Source of the DNA: Podospora anserina
Lineage: Eukaryota
NCBI GenBank assembly: GCA_017654855.1
Contig: CM030333.1
Coordinates: 1,612,001-1,676,000, forward strand
Direction of reading: 5' to 3'
DNA: 64,000 nucleotides
Shown piece by piece: positions 38,968-52,055 of this stretch (position 1 is the stretch's first letter; each line of letters opens with the position of its first letter). The position numbers and the translations under genes are program-made. The notes under the pieces were generated by a model. The model saw only the letters and a program-made list of their open reading frames with translations. It was not told the origin of the DNA and searched no databases.

Positions 38968-39655
38968 GTTGACTGGCTACCGGTAAGACATCAAGTGGTT
39001 GTGTTGTTTGTGTGTGGGTGTTGAGAGAGAAGACAAGTTATATCAGGCTGGTATGGTCTCGATATAAAAAGAGATCTGGTCTGGAAAAGGGAGGAAGAAG
39101 AGAGATTGTGATGGGTGTCAAGTTCCTTTTGCAGAGTCAAAGTCTGACAAGGGAATCAACAAGAACAGGGAAGGGCACAAATAGCCCAGGTGTAAATCAA
39201 ACCTAGTTTGGGAAAGACGAAGCTCCATGTTGGCATGGAGAGGGAGATGAGAATAAGAATGAGAAGCCAAACCGGTGCCGCTTTGGCACGCTGTGTGTGC
39301 GAGACTGCGTGTCAACCGAGCTTGTCCATGACTTTGGCTCCGGTTGTCCCTCTCGCAGGCCTGCGTCATATGTACGCGCAGGGATTGTTTAGCCTACCCG
39401 ACCCTTGGAGAGGGTCTGATGAAAGGGTTTCGGCCTCTTGTCTAGCTGCAAGCCGGAGGTGGTATGGAGACTCATGGGGGAGATGGGCAGATGGCCAGAT
39501 GCAGATGTGGGCAGGACCAGCCTTGGTTTGACTGAAAGTGAAGAGTGGTCCCGAGACAGGGTTGCAGGGGCAAAAGCCAAAACCTCATTCCTCGCCGTGG
39601 GCCGTGGGACGTGGGACATGGGGCCGTGGGTCGGGGCTGGTGGTAATGGTAATGA

Positions 39656-39693
39656 TGGTGGTGGTGGTGGTGGTGGTGGTGGTGGTGGTGGTG
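39656..39693. repeat. (GGT)n microsatellite
   Basis: About 12 GGT units, intergenic. Confidence 0.9.
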
Positions 39694-42600
39694 GCATCCC
39701 TCGCGATCATCCTCATCCATAGCACATGGTGGTATTGCGTGTCTGTATTACGGTATCAAACTCCGTACCAAGTATCATTTGGGTTAGGATGGGCGGTCAA
39801 GCGGAGTAGCAAATAGCGTAACCTCTGGGCGGGAGGTACTTGGTAACAGGACACAAGGGGTGACCCAGGAGTTGACGAGTGTAATGACGGCCCAGCGTCC
39901 CCGACAAGAGGAGAAGCGTGTGCGCCGCAGGTGGTCCAACAGGACGCCAGTGGACGCCTTTCCCTTCCCAGCGGCACCCACACCAGGGAGAAGGGAGAAG
40001 TGAGCCAAGCAAAACACCCCGGCACCTGTGGGAAGGTAAACCGAACCCCGGCCTTCCCCCGTTCCTTTCAACAAAAGGCGGCTGAGCGAAAACAGGAACT
40101 GCAGAAACTGGCACACAACCGCCATCAAAGGCACGGCCTTGGCTTGGTGCTAGACCAGGGTGTATCCTCAAGTAAGAAAGTACACACCTTGACAAATTCG
40201 TGGTGACCCCTTCAAAGAGAGAAGGAAAAAGGTTTGGCTCGTCCGTGACCGAGCAAGCTTTGACGCGAGCAGCGGCCAAGATACGACAGTAGCGTCATTA
40301 TCTGCTCTCTTCTCTTTTTTTTTCTCTTTTTTTTTCTCCCACTCCGTAGAGAGGGGTTCCATTCTCGTGCCTGCAGTGGTGGACAGCAGGATCGAAAAAA
40401 ATAAAAAGGGGATGGAAGCCCAGGCCATTCGGTACCTTTTACCACATAAGTCTTGATATCATGCCCACCATACCTTTTTCGGCTTAAAAGCAACCAGTTC
40501 CTCAGACGCTGTGGAGTGTGGAGACACGCACGGCGGCTTGACCCATGCACATGCCCGCCATCTGGCAACCAGGGGGCCATCCCTGCACCGCAAGAGAAGC
40601 GTGAGAAGAAGGCGGCTTGGAGGGAGCGCCGGGGCGGATTGCAGTGAGTGTTCCGAGACTCGGGCGGGCGCGGCGCTCTGTAGAGGAGGGGTGAGAGACC
40701 TCATCACAGATCAGCCAGGATCAGTTTGAGGTGTACGGTAGCGGTGGCGGTAGGGGGAGGGTGTACGCTGTGGTGAACTGTCTGGATGTAGGGGTGTGAG
40801 ACTCTATGGCGGCGCGGCTCACTCGTCGAAACACTTTGCAGGCGCACGAGAAGGTGACCTTCTCTGATCAGCCTGGCCAGTGACCATCAGAGAGACACAG
40901 CACGGCGAAAAGAAACCTGTCTTCCGGTAGAGACTGTGATGATACAGATCAAGTCAGCTGTTGGGTGCCACAGACGCCCACTTCGAACAATGTACCCTGT
41001 ACCCCGAATTGTGAGTCTTTTTACGGCTTGCTGCTAGGCTGTTTCTCGAATCGAAATCGGGTCGTTCGTGATGTTTCTTTGCTGACCAGTTTGCCCCACC
41101 GACGATGATAGCCTGGCATGGCTTCTGGACCACCGGAACGCCAGGGCTCGGGCTCGGGCTCTCGGCCAAAATGGAACATTCCCAAGGTTGGCCTGGCGCT
41201 GAGGCGCGTGGGCGCTGACCGGAAAGCTGTGGCTGGGGGGTTATCGTGCTGCTCCTGGTGGTGCTGGTTCGCGCTCTGTACTTGTCCGGCTGGCTGCTGA
41301 CCTATGGATGCGGCGTTTTCAGCAGCACTCTCCTCGAGCACTAGGGGGCCTTGGTACAGAGCGAGCATGACCATCGATCGTCATGGTCATTTTCTCACCA
41401 TGTCCCAGTGACGCGAGTATCAGTGATGAGTACGGATACACTACACACTCGGCAGTGTGCATTCCGTTTCGTCGGCTGCGCAGGAGAAGAAAGTCAGCAA
41501 GCCAAAAGCAACGAGCAGAAAAAAGAAAGACCTTGACAAGAATGGCCGGTCCGACCGCCGCGCTCCACAGAACCTCCACAGAACCATGCGACTGGGCGCC
41601 AGGTTGCAGGCAAAATGCCTGTTGAAACGGGGCCATGGAGAACAGTTCCATGTGACGTTTGACGGACAGATGAGTGAAATTCATTGAAATTACCGTTTCA
41701 ATGAGGACAACATCATCCCACACCCTTCCGCGGATGCTGGCGAGTCCTTCCCACCTCAGGGCATTGGAGGCATTGGAGGGCAACGGAATTGGAACGCAAA
41801 CTGCCGATGACCGGTTGGCCAGGGAGACTTTCGCAAAGAGGGGGGGTGCAAAAAATGAAACTTGGCGTTGCGTGGGTGGGCGTTGGGATGCAAATTTTGC
41901 TAAACGAGAGAGGGTCAAGACCCCGATTTTCCACTTAATCCCATGCTCGGCCCAGCCTGGGAGGGGCTTGGCGTCTCGATATTGGCTTGATGGAGACACT
42001 CCTTTTCACACACCCTGTTGCCCAGTGCACACGACGTTGAAGTTCCCTCGACCAATCAGAGAACACAGTGTCAAGGCCCATCCGTGCCATCTCAGATCCA
42101 TCTTTTTGTGAGATCGCTTCCCCACAAGGTTCAACCTGAGAAAGTGAACTTTGCCCAGAGCCAGCACCACCGAGCAGATAGTGCAATGTCACGACACAAC
42201 CCCGAAAAGCTGAGGTGGTCAGCAGATGGAGATGCAATTTTCTGCCTGCTTCCGGCTTCCACACTCGTGTCTGGCTGACAGTCACAGTCACAGTCACAGT
42301 CTCAGTCTCAGTCCCAGTCCCAGTCCCAGTTCCTCAGTTCCTCAGTCCCTCAATCTCTCCTCTTGGTTTCTTTTTCTCTCAAACAAAAAGTGTCATGCCG
42401 TCCACGTCTTCTCGAATCTCCAAGTACCTACCACCCCTTGATCGCCCGGTACGTACTTTGGTTACCCAAAACTTGATTCGCCGAATCGACAGCCGAGCGA
42501 CGGAGCTAGGAGCGGCCCCAAGATCGAACGGGCAAGACACTATTTCCGTCTTCCTGGTCGTCTTATTGGCCGCCCGACTATTCGACATGGAACAACGCTG

Positions 42601-45600
42601 TAAGCGCAGAACTATACGGAGGTACCTCCTGCACACGTCTCAGCCTCCTCCTCTCTGCAGTTGGAAGAGGCCATTCCATCATTTCTGAAGTCTCCGCATC
42701 GACACGCAACAACATTTCGAGTCAGCATCAACCATACTCCGTACCATCCACTCACTAGTACAGTAGCCGAAAGAGAAAGGGAAAAAAGTCCCTCGGTCAG
42801 CCGATTGATCCTACCTACAGAGTACTACCTGCGGGAATCGCGGAGCCCTTCCTCAGCACTATTGTCTCTCCTGCGTAAGAGCAATATCCACCCTGCTGTT
42901 GCATTCACGATACCGAAATACACTACACTTGTATAGTGTGCCGATCTGCTGAACACCCTGACGAAGTTTGCACTCGCTCACTCGCTTGCTGACATGGAAA
43001 GTTACTCCGTACCACTGCCACCACCCAAAACAGGGAGCCCCAGCCTCGTACCCGGTACGCAAGATTTGCATACTAGCACGCCCTAGCCACCAGTTCTCGG
43101 TACTTTCTGTCACCATTCACCGCTCAGGCCCGGATATTACGATAAATCTGGAAAGCAGCACCACATTTGCAGTCAAACACCGCACCGGCCCTGGCCCCGG
43201 CCGGCAGAAACCTCGATACAACAAGTTACACACTTCCACTTTGCAGCAGGCTGATGCAAGGCAGTAAGCCCAACTGGCAACCTGGTTTTGGATTTCTCCT
43301 TCCTATCAACGCCAATATGACTATCGGCCCCAAATCAGGAACGCTACCTACATGATCCGACCGGCCCCTTGTTGTGCCCCTCCTCTCGTCAGTCTTTTCT
43401 CAGAACGGAGTTCCCATTCCCATGGCTACAACGTACATAGGGCGGTCGACCAGGGCCTTGTGGTGAAGCACGGGCCGCGCTGCAAGTCTCGCGCTGTCAC
43501 CATCCGCATCCTCTCCAAAAAGCAAGGACCATCAGACGTTGGGGTGGCGTCTGCGAGAGCCCATCTTGATCCCTGCACCGGAGACAACATGGTTTGACGT
43601 CCTGCGATTGGGCCGTGGCCGATGGTCAAGAGCCATTTTGTGTGTGCATGCCGCCATCACAATGAAATCCCACAAGCCAGCCCCACGCTCCCTCACCGTC
43701 AACAGGAGCCTGTTTCGAGCCGCGAGTTTCCGTACAGGGTCGTTCAAATATTAATCAGACAAGCATCATCAGACCTGATCCGAGCACCGAACACAACGCC
43801 GAACAAACTCTCATATCGATGCAGCCCATATCACCCTCACCCGGGAGGTGCCCTACATGACTCGCCCAAGCAGCAGTGTTGTTTACCCCCTCTATGCTAA
43901 ATTATTAGTGACCAAAAGCCACTCATCAGGCTGGCTGGCTTGTTTCAAGCCAGGTCAGCTTCTTCTTGCGGTATAGGCATGCTCAGCAGCAGACTCGTGG
44001 CCCTCATATAAACGACGATCCCCTGAGTGGGACATGTTCGCCCTTGGGGTCCCTCGGGTGCGAATGCGGCAAAACCAATCAAGGCCGATGGCCGTGGAGC
44101 CGTGGAAGCCATCGTTGCCAGACCATGGATGGCTCACTGTGGCTCGGGGAGCTTACGCAGTACCAGATAGGAAACCAAACCCAGGCTTCGGCATGCCCAT
44201 CGGGGGATCGATGGAACACAGTCGAAAAAGGGCCAAACGAGAACATGCATTGACAAAGAGTACAGCTCTAGACATTTCTGTTTGAACCTCGCACCCTCGA
44301 TACATGAGCCAACCCGCTTGTGGCCACCGATACAACTCCGGCTAAGACGAGACAGGAGAAGCTCTGCCAGGTATTAATTGCTACGGAAGGCCTTCTGGTG
44401 CCACCGACTGTGCATGCAATGCCGCTCGCAAATCTGTTTTTGCCGCCGCGCAACATCGTCTTGGGCTCGCATAATGCATCCCCGGCCCCATGTTATGACT
44501 GATGAACAACTGTTCGGAGCAGCCTCCAGCTCCAACGGTGGAGGGTGGTGTCAGAGAGCACGGAGTACTGCGTCGTCGTCGTACACCCGTTATTAACTTC
44601 TTCCACGCCCTACATAGTTTGCGGTATCACTGATACATGCATACATGGCCCTGGCTTTTCCCGCATGACGCATCTCTAGGTATGCATGTACCGTTCAACC
44701 CAGGCCTTCCTAACAATGGATCCAACAAGTACGAATTGTTGGCCGACAGGGATGGTACAGGCTGGACTATCCAACTAAACCGAGCCTTGGGGGAGGGGGC
44801 TCCATGGCTGTGTTTTTGTCACTTCCACCTCCCACGGCTGCAACAAGCCCTAGGTTGCAAGAGGACTTTTCCCCCCCGTCCAGCATCTCATCGGCTTCGA
44901 AACAAGGGACAGCTCATTCAAACCTGCCGCCGCCTGTTGATCCTGCACGCTCGTCTCCCAAGACATCCAGACGAGTGGACGTCAGCCATCAGTCACAAGA
45001 ATGCGCATGCACAAAGCGTACCACGGCAAAAACGCCCAGGACGGCGGCGGAGGCGCGTGTTGGGCTTGACTTGACCAAAAGCCTGCGAGCTTGTCCATGC
45101 GTCGTGTTGGTCTAGTCGGGGATGCAGCAAACGTCTCTCCATTCACCGACGTTCGAAAATCGAAAAAGGGCGATCCGATAAAAGCGTCCCTCACAAGCCT
45201 GCAGCCGATATTTCTCCATTTGATCGCCTTGTCATCCACTCATCCACCCTCTTCTCTTCGCCGCCGCAGACGGAAACACTTTGCCGGTTTGGATGGCTTT
45301 TGATGAACCGCTCACTTCTTGCTTTCGTTCGCTGGCAAGATCCTCCAGGGGGGGACTTTTCCCACTTTGCTCGCACACTGCACTGCGCTGGCTGGCTGGC
45401 TCATTACTCCTGTCCTGCTCTGCTGGGGTGCGTGCATACAAGCTCCTACGGCACACGGAATTAGAGGGCAACGAGGGGCTGTTCTTGTATCGTTTCGAAA
45501 TGTGCTCGCGCTGTGAAATGGTGTATCTCATTAATCTGGCCGTGGCTGATCTGGGCAACAGTCGATTCACGTTGTTTTGACCTCCACAGGCTAAAGCTCG

Positions 45601-46610
45601 CGCCCGCTTGGGCCAACACGAAGAGGCAAGTGGTTGGCGGTCGGCGGATTGGAGGGCCAGCGGGAGTCTCTTGTCGCATTCATTTGCCCTCTTTGGTGTG
45701 AGTGTGTGCGTGCGCGTGTTGTGTGTGTGGTACCTATCCTGCTCACAATTCTGGAGACGGGAAGGGAGGTGTGGGGGTGTGGATGGCCATGTCATTGGCA
45801 TGCAGCTGTTACTGTCTCCGAGACCGCGCTGGCTGTGTGATTGCAGCAGGGCTTGTTGGAATGTGAGTGTGAGCCATCAGCCCATCCGGACCGCCTATGA
45901 AGTGGTGAGGTGCACGACTATCGCCCCCGTCCGCTAGCACTCTTTAGCAGGCAACGCAGGCCAGCAGCCCCCTCTTTGGCTTTCCGCCAGGTACTGAGGT
46001 ACGTATTCACCGCTCCTTTTTTGGACCCGAACCGCACCACCACCGCAACGCCATGGTAGGAAGGACGGACGGCTCATCTGGACGGGTCACTTCCGGCCAT
46101 TATCTCATCACCTCGGCGCTTGTGGCCGAGCCTTTTCAACATGCATTACTTATACGGATGCTCTTTTCGTCGTTTCAACAACCCCGCCGCGGGGAGTGCT
46201 TCCCGTCCAATAGGTGGTGGTGGTCACGAGGGGGTTGCCATGTCCTTTCTTGTTCCATCATGGCTAACCACCTACCTATCTAACCGCTCACACCTTACAG
46301 CTCACATCAGGCCGCGAACCAGGCGGTAGGGATTTTTGTCTCCTTTTTTTTTTTTTTTTAGACTCGTCAACCTTGGGGGGAAAAGAAGGAAAAGCAACAC
46401 GACGTTTGTTTGATATTCCTCAGCTGCCGCATATGACTGGGCGTATGCATCCACGTCATCCACACACACCACACCCATCCACTTCTCATCCTCCTCCTCC
46501 GCCTCCTCCTCCACTCATCCATCATCCACTCACTCCATACGCAGTGGTCAGCTACCCCAGATTGGGAGATGAGGAGACGCCGCAGGCGGGGGGGAAAACC
46601 AGCATGTGCG

Positions 46611-48487
46611 CTAAGGCTGTTGTTGCTGAGCTGCTAGATGAGCAAAGCCCTCGTCTTGAACCTTTTTGGTGGCCAGTTCCACAGCAAATGCGAGCTTTGC
46701 CTTTTGGGACGACGAGGAGGAGACATCCACCATGTGTAACGACGACGACGACAAGGAGGCGTACAGCACCCCAGCGATGAATGTATCACCCGCCCCGATG
46801 GTGCTGAATATCGACGGGGGCACAGCAAAAAGCACCCCAGCTGTTAGCCAAAAGAACCACAACCTTTTTTTTTGTCATTGTGTTGTGTTGTGTTGATCCC
46901 ATATCCGGACCGAATTAAGAGTTTATGTACTCTTTTTCTCGGCAGGAACGCAACCCGATAAAGTGCAATAATATGCACGCCGCAGTGCTTCCCTCTCTTT
47001 TTTTTCTGTCTGTCTGTACCCACGATGATTGCCTCTCTTACGCGTACCAATCTTTTACATACACCAACAGGGGGAGTGGTGGGTTGGCTCTCTCTTTTTC
47101 TCGGCGGCAATTATCACACTCGTGTTTCTTTTCCCCGGAGATGCAAGAGGTGTTTGAATTGCGGCAAGAGAATTCGAAGGGAGAGTGAGAGAGAGGAGAC
47201 TTACTCAACTACCTTTATAGGTTTCCCGTCTTTTGGAGTTGCAGGAGAGTGGTGGATGTATTTATCCTCCTCCTGCAGTTCTTTGGCACCGCTGCCGCCG
47301 CCGAGCTTCCTCCGTGTGAGCATACCTGCACCGCTTGCCCCCCAAGTGCATAGCATGAGGGAACTTATAGGTGGTTGGGAGCAGGGTTAGTGTGTTAGGC
47401 TTACCACCGCGTTCTCATAGAGAGGGGGGACATACGCTCTTGCTGAGGGTGCTTCTCCTCTTAGACAGGCTTCCGGGTTGTGATATCCCCGGCTCTAATA
47501 TTTGTTATACAGTGTCAGTTTAAGGGGTTGGGAGAAGGCAGGCAGGCAGACGTACTTCGGCCCAACTTGACGAGTAAAAGACCACGTCTGCCTCGGCTGC
47601 GAGGGAGGTTAGGCCTTCCCGGTTGGGCTTTTCGCATTCGACGCTGATTGTGGTGGTGTTGGGTGGGAGGTGGGTGCGGATGTAGTGGATGCATTGGAGG
47701 GTTGTGGATGGGATTCGGCCCTGACAGAGAGAAACAGTCAACGACCTTCCATGGCTGGTGTCCCTTTTTTTCTTTTTGGAGGTATGTATCTACCTCGAAG
47801 TGAAACCACCAGCTGTCCTCCTCCTCCTTGGAGTTGGACAGTAGTAGCGTATCCAGGATACGCTCGAACTCGTCGGGTGTCATCTCGGGCAGGTCGTTGT
47901 AGTTGACGACGGTTCTGCTGCCGGTCTCGAGGCTGCGGATGATGTAGCTGCTTACGGACTCGGTGTGCCCCTCGCGGTGGATGCATGGTGAGAAGTTGAT
48001 CTTGGTGGAGCCGGGGCCGAAGGAGGAGTGTATCTTCGCGATAGCGGGGGAGGTTTGGGCTGGGAGGGTGGATATCAGGTGGGTTTTGATGTTGGCTTGG
48101 TCTGATGGGGAGAATAGATGGTGGAGGACCTCGAGAGTGTTGGGGCAGTTGCCTCCTCGGCGGACTTGGAGGGAGGAGGCTCGTTGTTTGGCGTCTTCGG
48201 GTGGGTAGGCTGGGACGCTGGGGGGGAGGGTGTTAGCGGGTGTCATTCAGAGACATCATCATGGAGTGTTGAAGATGGGAACCAAGTCTTTGCATCTCAT
48301 CCCAGGGCTCCTCAAAGAAGATATCTTCTTCTTGAAAGATGTCGAGAGCTCACAACCGCCCCCGTTCATCATTCATTCACCACTTGTAAGTCCACACAAA
48401 GCAAGTTCATGAGTAAGATAAGTAAACATGCACTCACGTAAGAATCGTGTCCAAGGCGCAAGCCCCAGTGAGCACGAGATGTTTCAT
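46611..48487 (-). CDS. pfkB-family carbohydrate kinase (ketohexokinase-like)
   Basis: MKHLVLTGACALDTILT|VPAYPPED..RRGGNCPNTLEVL, SRTVVNYN, WFHFE|GR, SVECEKP.REGL, CTWGASGA and VVD|TIGAGDTFIAG (pfkB signature 2). Five introns, including about 48219-48437 and 46804-47204. Confidence 0.9.
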
Positions 48488-49056
48488 TTTTTTGTGTCAA
48501 AATAACACGCTGCTTTTCCTTCAGAAATCAATTGCGTTATTAGATGGATGCAAAAAACAAAACTCGATATAAATATATACTTTCATCTGTTCCATGGTTT
48601 CAGTTCTGTCCCCAATTATACCCAAACCATTATCTTCACTCCACAAGTGAGGGGGTTGCTTCCTCACCGAACCACACTATCACCATGTAGGCGTAAATGT
48701 TTGCTTTTAGCTTTGGCTTTTTTTCTTGTTCTCGAGTGAATTTGGAGTCTTGGTGCCAATGAGACAATGGCAAAGTGGTCCAGACCGGTCGGTGGTTTGG
48801 ACAAAGGTGGTCAAGTATGGGGTAGGTAGGTATCTACCCCACCATGACGCAAGGCGGGGAGCAACCCGCAAGGTACATTGCTGTTTGGGGGAGGGGTGTC
48901 TTGTCGTCACCATCAGATTTCAGATCGGGGATGTAGTAGGTGATGCGCTGACTGACTGACTGCCCCATAAAACATAATAACGAGTTTCTTATTTTTTTGC
49001 GCAAAAAAGGTTGAGGATATCGTCAACATTACACACGATTGACTGGCTGAGAAAAG

Positions 49057-49190
49057 ATGGCGGAACGGGACCTGATACTACCAAAACGGGTTTCGTTTGA
49101 TGATACGCGGCAACATGAGAGCTCGAGTGATGATGGGGATGCTGTTGAGGTTTGTTTCTTTTTTTTCCTCCCCCCCCCGTTCTCAAGCTG

Positions 49191-49227
<37 letters not shown>

Positions 49228-51032
49228 GCTGATTGTTATATTTGTGAGAAAAAGGTCTCCTTCGACCCATCAAACCCCTACCGTCGAAAATCCTCCCTCG
49301 TCACCTCCTCCCGCTCTCACATCTCCCCGGGTGTTATCCAGCGCATCCACCAACAGCAACAGTCTAATCCTAACCATAGACGCCCCTGCCGACAACAATC
49401 AAAGCCGGAATGCCTAGTTCATCAATTTCTCGAATCCCACAAACTCAACCTTGACGACACGGCACCACAGCCAGCAGCGGACGAGGATGTAGAGGTGGAG
49501 GATATCTCCTCTTCGTCTGGGCTGAATGAAGTGGTCGACTCCAAAACCACAATCCCAGTTAATAAACCCCCCAAGCGACGCCCACAACCACAACCCTCCC
49601 CCGAGGCAAAGTGCCAACTCTTATCCGCCACCGAAGACGACGAGCCCGCCACTGACGAAGGGCAGCCAGACCAGACGATATGGCAGAGGGAGATGTTGGC
49701 TATGCCGAGGACTACTTCCTCTTTATCACTTTCCCTCTCCTCCCCTAATCCTGAGGACAATCACGAGTTCCTCAACTCGAGGCTGCTGACGAAAAAGCAA
49801 TTGTCGGATATGGCCTGGGGGGTGAGGCAGCTGTCTAGGAGACTGGGGTCTGTCCGCCTGAAGTTCAAAATCAAGAATGTTTTTCTCTTGACAAAGATTT
49901 ATGACAAGGATCTGGTGGATAAGACGAGGGAGTTGGTGAAGTGGCTGCTTGATGAGGAGCACAGGGGGGAGAGGTATGTCGTTTTTGTGGATTCTGCGTT
50001 GGAACAGAATAAGAGGTTTGACAAGGAGGGGTTGCTGAGGGAGATTGCTGGGGACAGAAAAGAGGATGGGGACGTGAGGGGGCGGTTGAGGTTTTGGAAT
50101 GAGGACATGTGCAGACGGAGGGCGAATATGTTTGATTTTGTGGTTACGCTGGGGGGGGATGGGACGGTGTTGTATGCTAGTTGGTTGTTTCAGAGGATTG
50201 TTCCGCCGGTGCTGTCTTTTGCGTTGGGGAGTCTGGGGTTCCTGACAAAGTTTGACTTTGAGGATCATGAGGAGATATTGGGAGGCGCGTTTGGGGAGGG
50301 GGTGACGGTTAGTTTGAGGTTGAGGTTTGAGGGGACGGTGATGAGGAGTATTCCGCGGAGGCAGATAACCGAGGGGGAGGATGGGGAGGAGGAAGGGGAG
50401 AGGGATTTGGTGGAGGAGCTGATTGGGGAGGAGAAGGATGATGAGAGGACGCATAGGCCGGATGGGACGTGGGAGGTGCTGAACGAGCTGGTGGTGGATC
50501 GGGGGCCGAATCCTAGTATGTATCTTCTCTTTGGGGCTCAGGACATGTTGTGTATGCTAACGGGAGAAAAGCAATGTCCAACATTGAAATATTTGGCGAC
50601 GACGAGCACTTCACCTCTGTCTCTGCGGACGGGGTGTGTGTTTCCACACCTACGGGTTCGACAGCGTACAACCTCGCGGCAGGGGGGTCGCTTTGCCACC
50701 CTGAGAATCCCGTCATGTTGGTCACGCCCATTTGTGCTCATACACTGTCTTTTAGGCCGATTATCCTGCCTGATACGATTGTGCTCAGGATAGGGGTGCC
50801 GTTTGATGCCCGGACGAGCTCCTGGGCGAGCTTTGATGGGCGGGAGAGGGTGGAGCTGAGGCCGGGGGATTACGTGACGATTAGTGCGAGCAGGTTCCCC
50901 TTTGCGTGCGTGCAGCCTCATAGACCGCATGGGAGGCGGTCGGGGGATTGGATCAACAGCATCAGTGCCAAGTTGGGGTGGAATACGAGGCAGGCGAGGC
51001 AGAAGCCGATGAAGGGGTGGGAGGGTTCTTAG
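49057..51032 (+). CDS. ATP-NAD kinase (Utr1/Yef1-like)
   Basis: TLGGDGTVL, FALGSLGFLT, LNELVVDRG, ADGVCVSTPTGSTAYNLAAGG and TPICAHTLSFRP. Exon 1 49057-49149; introns 49150-49254 and 50516-50571. Confidence 0.93.
49191..49227. repeat. (AAC)n microsatellite inside NAD kinase intron 1
   Basis: About 12 ACA/AAC units flanked on both sides by CAAGCTGA. Confidence 0.88.
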
Positions 51033-51492
51033 AGGGCTCTTGGAGAAACCTAGAGAGGGCTTTTCACAGAGAGATTGGACTGGCGTTTGCGTGGTAGGTG
51101 ATCTTTGACATATCTCAAGACACTGATTCCAAGACGGTGTAAGGAGATGGGAAAAGTGGATTCTAGCGAGGCGTTAGGGTGATCAGCGAGCCTAGCGGGG
51201 ATATATCAATGATGTAACAAGTAATGAGAATGTCTTAAAAACAAACGCAGTTGATGATAGAGATGGAAGGTGTAATGTTGGAGATGATGTCAATGTGTGA
51301 GAGCGCACGGGCCATGTGGTGTTTGTCACTCGTTGCCTACACTCAGTCTACCGGTAACCTTCTTCTTCAGCAACACAATCTACAATTCAGCTTTGATACC
51401 GACATCTTCGAAATCTGTCCCTCTCAGGAAACCCATATCTCCATTTCTCAGTCGAAAACGGGTTTGCCTGAATAGAACCGGTGACAGTGACA

Positions 51493-52038
51493 ATGGAGTC
51501 AGCAGCAACCAGCAAAACAGCCTCCTTCTCCCTGCCCCTCCCACACTCCCTCGACAACAGAATCTATGTCAGACTGTCACTCAAGTCCAAAGCCCTGGTG
51601 GTGTTTTTGACGACGGCTACGTCTGAGGAGGCGGGCCAGGCTACACCGTTGGGGTCGTTTGTTTATGCTTTGCCTGATGTATTTTTTTTCTTTTTTTCTT
51701 TTCCGTTACTCTACAACATACACTTACTAACTTGGAGACAGCGATACAACCCCTCACAACCCCTCTCAACAGCACTCTGCACGGTGGAACCGACGCTAGA
51801 GTTCACGACGAGGATGGCGAGGCTGCTGGTGAGGAAGATGGGGAATGAGAGGCCGGTGTATGTGGGGAATTCGATCAGCTTTGCGAGCACGGGGTTGGGA
51901 GGGGTGGTGGAGGAGGAGATGGAGGGGTTTAAGGCTGTTGTGGTGGGGATTATGGGGGTGTTGAAGAGGTGGGAGGAGGAGGAGGGTGGGCAGAATGGGG
52001 TTCGGGAGGGGGTGGAGGGGTTGAGTGTTTCTTCTTGA
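51493..52038 (+). CDS. Small conserved protein, probably proteasome assembly chaperone 4 (Poc4/PAC4-like)
   Basis: SFSLPLP..IYVRL..LVVFLTT..LGSFVYALPD|R..PLST.L..EFTTRMARLL..PVYVGNS. Intron 51679-51741. The family is recalled, not computed. Confidence 0.72.
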   Translation: MESAATSKTASFSLPLPHSLDNRIYVRLSLKSKALVVFLTTATSEEAGQATPLGSFVYALPDVFFFFFSFPLLYNIHLLTWRQRYNPSQPLSTALCTVEPTLEFTTRMARLLVRKMGNERPVYVGNSISFASTGLGGVVEEEMEGFKAVVVGIMGVLKRWEEEEGGQNGVREGVEGLSVSS

Positions 52039-52055
52039 TGGGATGGTCTTTGGGG

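Noticed and set aside
39778-39790. CCTAACCC (minus strand) as a telomerase RNA template
   Set aside because: Only an 8-nt match, expected by chance; no pseudoknot or CR4/5 element could be identified by eye.
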